This document shows positions 1-7,718 of a DNA stretch of 57,366 bases, in pieces. The DNA comes from Clostridia bacterium (GTDB lineage Bacteria; Bacillota; Sulfobacillia; SLMV01): assembly GCA_003566675.1 (NCBI GenBank), contig PXCI01000054.1, forward strand, positions 1 through 57,366, in the 5' to 3' direction. Numbering within the stretch: position 1 is the stretch's first letter; each line of letters begins with the position of its first letter. Made by a program: the position numbers and the translations under genes. The notes beneath the pieces were generated by a model. The model was not told the DNA's origin and did not search any database. It was given only the letters and a program-made list of their open reading frames with translations.

Positions 1-86
1 GAAGACCTGTAATATCCCGCTCGACTTGCATGTATCAAGCACGCCGCCAGCGTTCGTCCTGAGCCAGGATCAAACTCTCCACTTGT
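1..86 (-). rRNA. rrs: 16S rRNA, 5' end (runs off the window)
   Basis: Reverse complement reads AGAGTTTGATCCTGGCTCAG (27F site, 59-78) then GACGAACGCTGGCGGCGTGCTTGATACATGCAAGTCG; exact 5' terminus approximate. Confidence 0.98.
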
Positions 87-191
87 ATCTTCATGCGATC
101 CCGAAAGACCACATCGTGAACAATCCTAGCTCCCCTGCTACCGTAATCCTTAAAGTTCCGCCTGGAACTTCCCTCATCAGAACACTGTTCA

Positions 192-204
192 CTTGTCAAA
201 GACC
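192..204 (-). promoter_or_regulatory. boxA antitermination element of rrn leader
   Basis: GGTCTTTGACAAG between promoter and 16S, resembling Bacillota boxA. Confidence 0.7.
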
Positions 205-225
205 GAAGTTTCGTCGCAGCATCTA

Positions 226-254
226 ATCTTAACATTTTCCGGCTACTCTGTCAA
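226..254 (-). promoter_or_regulatory. sigmaA promoter of rrn (proximal)
   Basis: TTGACA-17 nt-TAAGAT with extended TG. Confidence 0.85.
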
Positions 255-289
255 GAATGGGGCGGCGTTTCTTCCGTCGCCCGTAGGCC

Positions 290-317
290 ATTGTATCACG
301 GATCCTGCCGGAGTCAA
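290..317 (-). promoter_or_regulatory. sigmaA promoter of rrn (middle)
   Basis: TTGACT-16 nt-TACAAT with extended TG. Confidence 0.8.
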
Positions 318-387
318 GCTGTCTTTTTGAACGGACGCTTCTCCTTGTTGCAGATTCCAGGCGCCGCTTCTTCCGTCGCCGTAGGCC

Positions 388-415
388 ATTCTATCACGGA
401 TCCTATCGGAGTCAA
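388..415 (-). promoter_or_regulatory. sigmaA promoter of rrn (distal; duplicate of the middle one)
   Basis: TTGACT-16 nt-TAGAAT with extended TG; ~55 bp near-identical to 261-317 at a 98-bp offset. Confidence 0.8.
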
Positions 416-467
416 AGCCCCTGTTGACTAGCGTTATGTCCGTGGTGTGTATCGAAGGGGACAAAAA

Positions 468-543
468 TGGTACCCCGTAGGGGAGTCGAACCCCTGCTAC
501 CGGCGTGAGAGGCCGGCGTCCTAGGCCACTAGACGAACGGGGC
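468..543 (-). tRNA. tRNA-Glu(CTC)
   Basis: Cloverleaf GCCCCGT...ACGGGGT-ACCA, anticodon loop CT-CTC-AC, GTTCGAC T-loop. Confidence 0.97.
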
Positions 544-560
544 ACCTCAAGAATGACTGC

Positions 561-634
561 TGGCTGGGGGAGGAGGATTCGAACCTCCACAACTAGATCC
601 AGAGTCTAGCGTCCTGCCGTTAGACGATCCCCCA
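561..634 (-). tRNA. tRNA-Gln(CTG)
   Basis: TGGGGGA...TCCCCCA-GCCA, anticodon arm CTAGA-CT-CTG-GA-TCTAG. Confidence 0.97.
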
Positions 635-684
635 AGCCTATAACTTCTCTTATAAAGACCTCTTTCTCACATGACGCAGTAAGC

Positions 685-713
685 ATTATAGCACCGACTT
701 CGCGGCAAATCAA
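685..713 (-). promoter_or_regulatory. sigmaA promoter of tRNA-Gln/tRNA-Glu
   Basis: TTGATT-17 nt-TATAAT with extended TG. Confidence 0.8.
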
Positions 714-731
714 GTCGAAATGACCCCAATT

Positions 732-1337
732 TTACTCGGCACCAGAATTGCCTCTCAACACATCATCTGGATCCTCCAGGGGTATCTGCGAGAGCCGCCT
801 GGCCAGGAAGCCTCCCCGGGCTATGCGAGGTTCCATGGTCAGCACGAAAGCGCTGGGCTCGATGTCATCAATCAGCCTTTTGAGATCCGGCGTGAGTCTC
901 CTACGATAGAACACCAAAAGCACCTGTCGCATGGAGTTTCGTCCCTCGCCTGCCCATGTGGTTACAGCGAACCCACAGCGACGCAACTGCTTTCCAAGGG
1001 TCGATGCCTCAGGCACGACTGCCAGAACCAGGGAATACCCAAGGGCCAACCGCTCTTCCAGCCACATCCCGAGGGCCGTACCCGCCGCGTATCCTCCCGC
1101 GTAGGCAACCAATCGCACCGGATCGGAAAGGTTGGTGACAACGAGGGAAAGCGCATAGACCCAGACGGCCACTTCAAAGAAACTCATAGCCGTAGCTGCG
1201 GTGCGATTGCCCTTCATAAGTAGTATCCACCGGAGCGTCATTGTGGACACATAGATCACCTGCGCCAGAAAAATGATCGCTATGTCCAGGGCGGGCCCCT
1301 CAATTCCACGTAGCATAATCATTCCACGGAGCATCAA
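732..1337 (-). CDS. DUF2179/UPF0316 (YebE-like) membrane protein; start uncertain
   Basis: Three TM helices (IFLAQVIYVSTMTLR..FFEVAVWVYAL..AYAGGYAAG) then soluble GFAVT..GEG..IEPSAF domain. Confidence 0.85.
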   Translation of the reverse strand: MMLRGMIMLRGIEGPALDIAIIFLAQVIYVSTMTLRWILLMKGNRTAATAMSFFEVAVWVYALSLVVTNLSDPVRLVAYAGGYAAGTALGMWLEERLALGYSLVLAVVPEASTLGKQLRRCGFAVTTWAGEGRNSMRQVLLVFYRRRLTPDLKRLIDDIEPSAFVLTMEPRIARGGFLARRLSQIPLEDPDDVLRGNSGAE

Positions 1338-1346
1338 TCACGCAAC

Positions 1347-1377
1347 GCGGGGGCGGATGCCTCATCAACGCCCCCGC
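1347..1377 (-). terminator. GC-rich hairpin downstream of porB
   Basis: gcgggggcg...cgcccccgc inverted repeat; weak U tract. Confidence 0.45.
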
Positions 1378-1405
1378 ATTCAACGTGTACGAACACATTC
1401 AGTTT

Positions 1406-2356
1406 CTATTCTGAACTGCTACCTTCACCGTCCAGGCGCAGAAGCCGTTGCCAGTTCCGATCCACCTCAGCCTGCAGGTCGTCGAGGATCGGGCGGTTCT
1501 CTTCACGGAACAGATGACGGAAACGCCCCTGGCGCTTCAACCAAGCCTCAACCGGCTTCTTCTCTCTGGGGCGATAGGTGATCTTCCAATCTCCCTCATT
1601 TACCTCAAACAGCGGCCAGTAACAAGTATCCGCCGCCTCGCGGAGAATATCAATTGTCTCCTCCGGAGGGACGCGCCAGCCGCGAGGACACGGAGCCAGG
1701 ACATTTATAAAAGCCGGGCCATCGACTGCAAGGGCCTTCTCGGTCTTGGTCACCAGGTCCCGCCAATGCGCCGGAGTCGTCTGGGCTACATAGGGGATGT
1801 TATGAGCCGCCATGATCGCGGTCAGGTCCTTGCGATGCTCGGGCTTTCCCGGAATCTTCTTGCCCGCTGGACTCGTGGTTGTGTCGGCACCCCTGGGGGT
1901 GGCACTGGATCTCTGAATTCCGGTATTCATATATGCCCCATTGTCATAGCATACGTACACCATGTTATGACCGCGCTCCATCGCCCCGGAAAGGGACTGT
2001 AATCCAATGTCGTAGGTTCCCCCATCGCCACCGAAGGCGATAAACTTAATATCTCTATCGATCTTCCCCTGGGCCTTCAGAGAACGATACGCAGCCTCCA
2101 CACCGCTCAGGGTTGCCGCGGAATTTTCGAAGGCGCTGTGGATCAGCGAGTTATTCCAGGCAGTGTACGGATAGATGGTGGTGGCCACCTCGAGACAGCC
2201 AGTGGACACCGAAGAAACAATCGGAGTATCGCCAGCAGCAGCCATCATCTGTCTGACCATGATGGGAGCACCACAGCCGGCGCACAGACGATGCCCGCCC
2301 GTCAGGGAGACCTCCCTTTTTGATAGTTCACGCAAATTGGTCGCCACAGATCTCAC
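1406..2356 (-). CDS. porB: Pyruvate/2-oxoacid:ferredoxin oxidoreductase beta subunit
   Basis: GHRLCAGCG, ThDP motif GGDGGTYDIG...YDNGAYMNTGIQRS, APCPRGW. Confidence 0.96.
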   Translation of the reverse strand: MRSVATNLRELSKREVSLTGGHRLCAGCGAPIMVRQMMAAAGDTPIVSSVSTGCLEVATTIYPYTAWNNSLIHSAFENSAATLSGVEAAYRSLKAQGKIDRDIKFIAFGGDGGTYDIGLQSLSGAMERGHNMVYVCYDNGAYMNTGIQRSSATPRGADTTTSPAGKKIPGKPEHRKDLTAIMAAHNIPYVAQTTPAHWRDLVTKTEKALAVDGPAFINVLAPCPRGWRVPPEETIDILREAADTCYWPLFEVNEGDWKITYRPREKKPVEAWLKRQGRFRHLFREENRPILDDLQAEVDRNWQRLLRLDGEGSSSE

Positions 2357-2362
2357 CCTTCC

Positions 2363-3565
2363 CTACTCGCGGACGCCCAGATACGTTATCGGCCGAGTAA
2401 TCCGGCCTGTACGAGCAACCTCAAGGGTTTCGTCGAACACTCTGCGGATGTCTTCAGGTCGGATATCGCGTCCACCCAGCCCATACACGTAATTACTCAC
2501 CAGGGGACGTTGCTCACAATCATACAGCGCATGGCGAACCGCATGGTAGACCGGTCCACCAGCCGTAGAGAACGTGTCGGAGCGATCCATCACCGAAACC
2601 GCAGGATGTCCGGCTAATGCCCTGACAATCTGCTGTGTCGGAAGGGGCCTCATAACCCGCACCTTCAGAAGGCCCACCTTCTGACCCTCTGAGCGCATGG
2701 CATCGACGACGTCCTTTGCCGTACCCGCAGTGCTACCGAGCACAATAATGATGCCATCTGCATCCTCTGTTCGGTACTCTTCAAAAAAACCGTAGTCCCG
2801 CCCAGACAGTGCGCTGAACTTCCGACCAATCTCAGGTATCACTTCGAGGGCTTTATACGAGCCCTCAATCTGCTGTCTTTTGTGTTCAAAAAACCAGTCC
2901 TGCAGATCCAGGGGCCCAACCGTGATCGGGTTGTCGACATCCAGAAGCGTGTATGCCGCTTCATAGGCGCCGATGAACTCGCGTACCGTGTCATCGGTCA
3001 GAACATGGAGGTTGTCCAGGGCATGGCTGATAATGAAACCGTCCATGCAGACCATAACGGGCAACTGAACCTCGGGGTGTTCCGCGATTCGCACCGCCTG
3101 GACTACATTGTCGTAGGCCTCCTGTGCATTCTCGGAATAGAGCTGGATCCATCCTGAATCTCTAGCTCCCATACTATCCGAATGATCACAATGTATGTTG
3201 ATAGGTCCGCTGAGCGCCCGATTAACCACGGGCATGACGATGGGGAGGCGGTTCGACGCTGCGATATACACCATCTCCCACATCAGGGCCAGGCCGTTTG
3301 CTGACGTGGCTGTCATAGCCCTTGCTCCAGCGGCGGCAGATCCGATCACCGCGCTCATGGCACTGTGTTCGCTCTCAACCCGAACGAACTCGGTGTCCAC
3401 ATCTCCATCGGCGACGAAACTGGAGAACATCTGGACGATCTCTGTTTGTGGGGTTATGGGATATGCCGCAACCACATCGGGGTTAATCTGTCTCATGGCC
3501 TGGGCAACTGCCTCATTTCCCGTGAGGGCCACACGCGACTGCGTGGCTGAGCTCATCAGTTTCAT
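2363..3565 (-). CDS. porA: Pyruvate/2-oxoacid:ferredoxin oxidoreductase alpha subunit
   Basis: AAYPITPQT, VESEHSAMS, NRALSGPINIHCDHSD, GLGGRD. Confidence 0.96.
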   Translation of the reverse strand: MKLMSSATQSRVALTGNEAVAQAMRQINPDVVAAYPITPQTEIVQMFSSFVADGDVDTEFVRVESEHSAMSAVIGSAAAGARAMTATSANGLALMWEMVYIAASNRLPIVMPVVNRALSGPINIHCDHSDSMGARDSGWIQLYSENAQEAYDNVVQAVRIAEHPEVQLPVMVCMDGFIISHALDNLHVLTDDTVREFIGAYEAAYTLLDVDNPITVGPLDLQDWFFEHKRQQIEGSYKALEVIPEIGRKFSALSGRDYGFFEEYRTEDADGIIIVLGSTAGTAKDVVDAMRSEGQKVGLLKVRVMRPLPTQQIVRALAGHPAVSVMDRSDTFSTAGGPVYHAVRHALYDCEQRPLVSNYVYGLGGRDIRPEDIRRVFDETLEVARTGRITRPITYLGVRE

Positions 3566-3586
3566 CTCCTCTCATGCAGTATCAGA

Positions 3587-3928
3587 CTACTCCTCAGGTT
3601 CCATTTCCAGCGCACCATCAGCCGGGCATTCAAAGGCACAAATCCCGCAGCCCTTGCAGTGGAAGAGATTGATGCCGGTTACCTCGCCTTCATCATTGAC
3701 CTCTATGGCCGAATCCGGACAGTACACCCAGCACATTCGACACTGGATGCAGGGTTCAGGATCATAGATTGGGCGCATGCTCCTCCAGTCGCCGGTCTCA
3801 TACGTCCGCGCATTTCCGCCCCAGAGCACAACACCACCCCATGGGACTTCCTTCCAAGTATCACCGGGTTTTGGCGTATTGGGGAACTTCTTTTTTCGGG
3901 AACAGGGAGCTCCTTCTTTCGCTTTCAC
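3587..3928 (-). CDS. porD: Pyruvate/2-oxoacid:ferredoxin oxidoreductase delta subunit
   Basis: TGDWRSMRP and two CxxCxxCxxxCP motifs; GTG overlaps porC stop. Confidence 0.94.
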   Translation of the reverse strand: MKAKEGAPCSRKKKFPNTPKPGDTWKEVPWGGVVLWGGNARTYETGDWRSMRPIYDPEPCIQCRMCWVYCPDSAIEVNDEGEVTGINLFHCKGCGICAFECPADGALEMEPEE

Positions 3929-4503
3929 TCGCCCTGCACCTCCTTGTAAGCACGTTCGATGGCTTTCAGGTTGCCCTCGACGATCTCCGGGCGACTTCCG
4001 AATTTCTTCTCAAGCTGCTTTTCCATGGACTCTATGAACAGATCATATTCCAGCACTCCAGTGGCCCGTATCACCGCTCCAAGCATCGGGGTGTTCGGGA
4101 TCGGGCGTCCCAGCGTCTCCATCGCAATCCGATCAGCATCAACTGTAAATACGCTTCGCCCCTCAAGACCTATTAGTTCCCGCATGGCTGCAGGCCCCTT
4201 GTCCGTGTTCACAACAACTACGCCATCTTCGGTGAGACCATCTGCCACGCCCACAGATCGGACCAGGCTGGCATCAAGCACAGCTACCACGCTCGGCGCT
4301 GACACTGCCGAGTGTATCCTGATTGGAACAGAGGCAATCCGGTTGAATGAAGCAACCGGAGCACCCATGCGTTCTGGCCCGTACTCTGGGAAAGCCTGTA
4401 TGTACTCTCCAGCTTCTGACGCAGCTTCAGCAAGCAAGTTGGCGGCCGTCTTAGCCCCCTGCCCTCCGCGACCGTGCCATCTGATCTCCAGTATTTTGTC
4501 CAT
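3925..4503 (-). CDS. porC: Pyruvate/2-oxoacid:ferredoxin oxidoreductase gamma subunit
   Basis: EIRWHGRGGQGAKT, FPEYGPERMGAP, PNTPMLGA; strong AGGAGG RBS. Confidence 0.96.
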   Translation of the reverse strand: MDKILEIRWHGRGGQGAKTAANLLAEAASEAGEYIQAFPEYGPERMGAPVASFNRIASVPIRIHSAVSAPSVVAVLDASLVRSVGVADGLTEDGVVVVNTDKGPAAMRELIGLEGRSVFTVDADRIAMETLGRPIPNTPMLGAVIRATGVLEYDLFIESMEKQLEKKFGSRPEIVEGNLKAIERAYKEVQGE

Positions 4504-4714
4504 GTGTATCCTCCTAACCTCCCTATCTTGTACGAGGAACCCCAGGACCCAACATCATCTATCAAACACCATCTACCTGACCCAGGCAAACCGATCATGC
4601 TGCAAATCCAGACCAGATACACCGAGTCTGACAACCGGGGAAGGCGACCATGTCCCGATTCGCTCATCGTGCCTGCGCACGCTCATTCGCAGACGATTGC
4701 TTGTCAGCAAATGT

Positions 4715-4743
4715 AGTCTAACACGGTACCCCAGAAGCGTCAA
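4715..4743 (-). promoter_or_regulatory. Putative sigmaA promoter of por operon
   Basis: TTGACG-17 nt-TAGACT with extended TG. Confidence 0.65.
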
Positions 4744-5905
4744 GAAACGGCGACGACCGCAGAATATGACAGTGTGGGACGCCAATTCCGGAATACACCT
4801 CCCCCGACATCTCCATGCAAACCCCCCACCTCACGCGAGTAATGCACTGGCCCTTCGCCGGGGCTATCAATCGCAATAAGACGCGATCATTATGATCCTT
4901 AAAGGACTAACTGCCCACAATATCTTCACAATTCGGCTTTGTCCTGGGAGTGACGCGGTGCGTACCGGATTCCGCAATTTTTGACAGACGACTCTCCGTT
5001 CGCAATTTATGGATGTCCGGGTAGGATCGAACAAGATGACTCCGATGGCGCAGTATAAGTCGCTCGGAGCACCTTCATCTCCATCAGGATATGGGCTTCG
5101 CACGTCGAAAGACAGACCCGATCAAACTCTTTCGCACCAGCCCACTAGGAGTTTACCTCTGTGTGGGCTGGCCGCAAAGAGACGAAATCACCCCGCATTG
5201 ATCCGAGTGCTGTCCACAAAGGAAATTGCGATGGGCCCCCGGCTAAGGAGGACGAGACGCTTCACAGATCCCTGTAGATTCAAGTAGATATCTGGCGAAC
5301 AGATCATGAAATATCCTCTACCGGCACAAAAGACGCTGCGGGTGCCCTCGATTCTGCGGCAGGATCAGGGAAGGCCATCTTGACCCTACACTGGTGAGAC
5401 AATTGGATCAATAATTGAGGTAGGGGATTTTCTCATCCCGACGGGAGAATTCTTGATCTGAACTGCGGGTGCGCAATGCGGGGCGAGCCTGAGCAAAATC
5501 CTGACGTTATCTGTGCGATCAGCCTCCAGGAACATCAACTGAAGTGATGACCTACATGTTGGTGCGAAGGTTGCCACACCACTGAGAGGGACTATGGAAT
5601 CCAAGAACCCAACTCGAGAAGAAGAAACACGTCCTTATATACACGTATGCAACACGCGATCCATAAGTAGCGAAACGTTTGATGAGATCGCGAAGCTCAT
5701 CATACCTGTCCACGCAAAAACCCTAGGCGAATGTCTCGAAATTGCGCGGGCTGCAAGTGTCTCCCGTTCGAGAAGCCCGCAGACGTATCTGGAGTGTGCC
5801 AGTCTTGCCATAGTCGAATGGAGGTCAGTTACGACGACCTACATCCATCTGACCATTGAGGCGCTGGAAAGATGATCTGCCTGCCACGATTCGCAAACAA
5901 TTTAG

Positions 5906-6175
5906 CTAGCTCATATACTGGATTATTGTCAGGATGACCACTCCCGGAATCCCGAGAAAGCCTGCAATCAGCGCCGTCAGCGGATTAATGGCGATATGCA
6001 GCCCCACAACTGATCCGACCAGGTTGAGAAGCCAGAGTACAACTCCTCCGATCAGCCCATTATACAGGACGACTAAAAGCCAGCGCATGGGCAAATAGAA
6101 GAGCCGCACGACCACGTAGATCAAGAGGAGCCCAAATAGGAAAGCAAATACTACCGAGTAGTCCACCTTAGCCAC
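5906..6175 (-). CDS. bofA: Pro-sigmaK processing inhibitor BofA
   Basis: Small hydrophobic protein with N..IG...L..LN..G.....IAINPLT.LIAGFLGIPGV; syntenic after recR-yaaL. Confidence 0.92.
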   Translation of the reverse strand: MAKVDYSVVFAFLFGLLLIYVVVRLFYLPMRWLLVVLYNGLIGGVVLWLLNLVGSVVGLHIAINPLTALIAGFLGIPGVVILTIIQYMS

Positions 6176-6184
6176 CTCGGTATA

Positions 6185-6212
6185 ATAATATGTTCAGCAT
6201 CATGGATTATGT
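6185..6212 (-). promoter_or_regulatory. sigmaE-like sporulation promoter of bofA
   Basis: ACATAAT-13 nt-CATATTAT immediately upstream; bofA is sigmaE-controlled in B. subtilis. Confidence 0.65.
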
Positions 6213-6275
6213 CTGATAATGAATCAGAGCTGGCTTCAGTCCGTGGGGAGAGCGACGGTCTTGAACCTCGCGGAG

Positions 6276-6566
6276 TTAACCACCCTTCAACTCGCGGCGC
6301 ACCTGATCCAGAAGGTAGGCATACTTCTTTTCCGCAGCGGCCAGCAGATGGATCGCGTGATCAACAAGGGCGGGGTCTGAGACGTTTTGGAAATAAGCCT
6401 CTGCCTCTTTCCATTCCCGGTGCGCCTCATCAACAGAACTCCACCACTGCTGTTCCTGACCCGACAGACCGAGGTCCGTGGGGGGATTGAGGCGATCTGA
6501 GAGACCTCCAATCAACCGGCTGGCCCTCTGTCTCACCTCACCAGAGATCTCCTGATCTTTACTCAT
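6276..6566 (-). CDS. yaaL: YaaL/DUF2508 family protein (start 6566 or 6575)
   Basis: A..EW..A..YF..VSDP.LVD.AI....AAEKKY.YLL motif; between recR and bofA. Confidence 0.88.
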   Translation of the reverse strand: MSKDQEISGEVRQRASRLIGGLSDRLNPPTDLGLSGQEQQWWSSVDEAHREWKEAEAYFQNVSDPALVDHAIHLLAAAEKKYAYLLDQVRRELKGG

Positions 6567-6699
6567 CTCTCCCATCCTCTCAAAAAGGCATGCAGACAAA
6601 CCCATCCCTATACATATGCCAGATGAACGAAAAACGTACTCACTGATACATATATATTTCCAAGATTGATTGGGTTTATGTGCCAGGGGATGAAATAAG

Positions 6700-6740
6700 A
6701 AGGAAAGGGGTGCCTGCTGCATACACACATCCAGGCACCC
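6700..6740 (-). terminator. Intrinsic terminator after recR
   Basis: GGGTGCCTG...CAGGCACCC followed by pyrimidine/U-rich tail. Confidence 0.6.
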
Positions 6741-6749
6741 AGAAAGACT

Positions 6750-7355
6750 CTAGGTGAGAGGATAGCGGCCCAGAAGGGCGCGACTCAATGTGGCCTCGTC
6801 GGCATAGTCGAGGTTTCCCCCCTCGGGGAGACCGCGTGCGATACGGGTAACCTCCACTTCCAACGGTTGGACAAGACGGGCGAGATACATGGCCGTTGCC
6901 TCTCCCTCTACCGTTGGATCTGTGGCGACTATCACCTCTCGAACGGTGCCATCTCGGAGACGCTCCAGCAGTTCCCGAATGCGAATATCATCGGGACCCA
7001 CTCCGTCCATGGGTGATATCAGACCGCCCAGGACATGATAGAGCCCATCATAGTCCCGGGTCCTTTCCATGGCCACCACATCGGAGGAATCCTCTACCAC
7101 GCAGATGATGCTGGATTCCCGCGACTCATCACTGCAAATCTCACATCTATCACTGTCGGTCAGATTGGTGCAGATTGAGCAGTAGCGAACCTTCTGCCTG
7201 CCGCTGACCAGGGCAGTAGCCAAAGCCACGACTTCCTCTTCAGGCCTCTTTATGATGTGCATAGCCAAGCGCTGGGCGCTCTTGGGGCCGATCCCCGGCA
7301 GCTTCGCCAGTTCCTCAATGAGCTGAGCGACCGGAGGCGCAAAGAACGAAGACAA
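6750..7355 (-). CDS. recR: Recombination mediator RecR
   Basis: LPGIGPKSAQRLA, C4 zinc finger, YHVLGG.ISP.DG.GP, EGEATA TOPRIM. Confidence 0.98.
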   Translation of the reverse strand: MSSFFAPPVAQLIEELAKLPGIGPKSAQRLAMHIIKRPEEEVVALATALVSGRQKVRYCSICTNLTDSDRCEICSDESRESSIICVVEDSSDVVAMERTRDYDGLYHVLGGLISPMDGVGPDDIRIRELLERLRDGTVREVIVATDPTVEGEATAMYLARLVQPLEVEVTRIARGLPEGGNLDYADEATLSRALLGRYPLT

Positions 7356-7369
7356 CAGTTACCCTCTCC

Positions 7370-7699
7370 TCAACTGGTAAATCCGGGGATATTGGGAAGA
7401 TTCAATCCCCCTGTAATCTTCTCCATCTCGGAACTGACCATATCTCTGGCTGAACGCAACCCTTGATTGACCGCAGCAATGATCAGATCCCGCAGCATAT
7501 CGATATCATCGGGATCTACGACATCGGGATCAACCTCTATATCCACGACTTCGAGGGCTCCATTGCACACTACGCGAACAACTCCTCCACCCGCCTGCGC
7601 CTCAACCGTCTTCTGGTCTAAAGAGTCCTGAAGATCTTCCATGTCCTTCTGCATCTGTTGAATCTGCTGCATCATCTTTCCCATGTTTCCAAAGCCCAC
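7370..7699 (-). CDS. ybaB: Nucleoid-associated protein YbaB/EbfC
   Basis: MMQQIQQMQ, AGGGVV, DPDDIDMLRDLIIAAVN; GTG at 7699 follows GAGGAG. Confidence 0.95.
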   Translation of the reverse strand: MGFGNMGKMMQQIQQMQKDMEDLQDSLDQKTVEAQAGGGVVRVVCNGALEVVDIEVDPDVVDPDDIDMLRDLIIAAVNQGLRSARDMVSSEMEKITGGLNLPNIPGFTS

Positions 7700-7718
7700 A
7701 ATCATTCTCCTCTCAAAA

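Noticed and set aside
26..590. ORFs over 26-235 and 243-590
   Set aside because: Shadows of the 16S rRNA, its leader and tRNAs
1303..1339. 18-bp tandem near-duplicate at the start of the DUF2179 gene (MLRGMIMLRGI)
   Set aside because: Only two copies; explains start ambiguity but suggests no function
4914..4932. Possible Rex operator upstream of por (TTGTGAA half-site)
   Set aside because: Second half is a direct, not inverted, repeat and the site is far from the promoter
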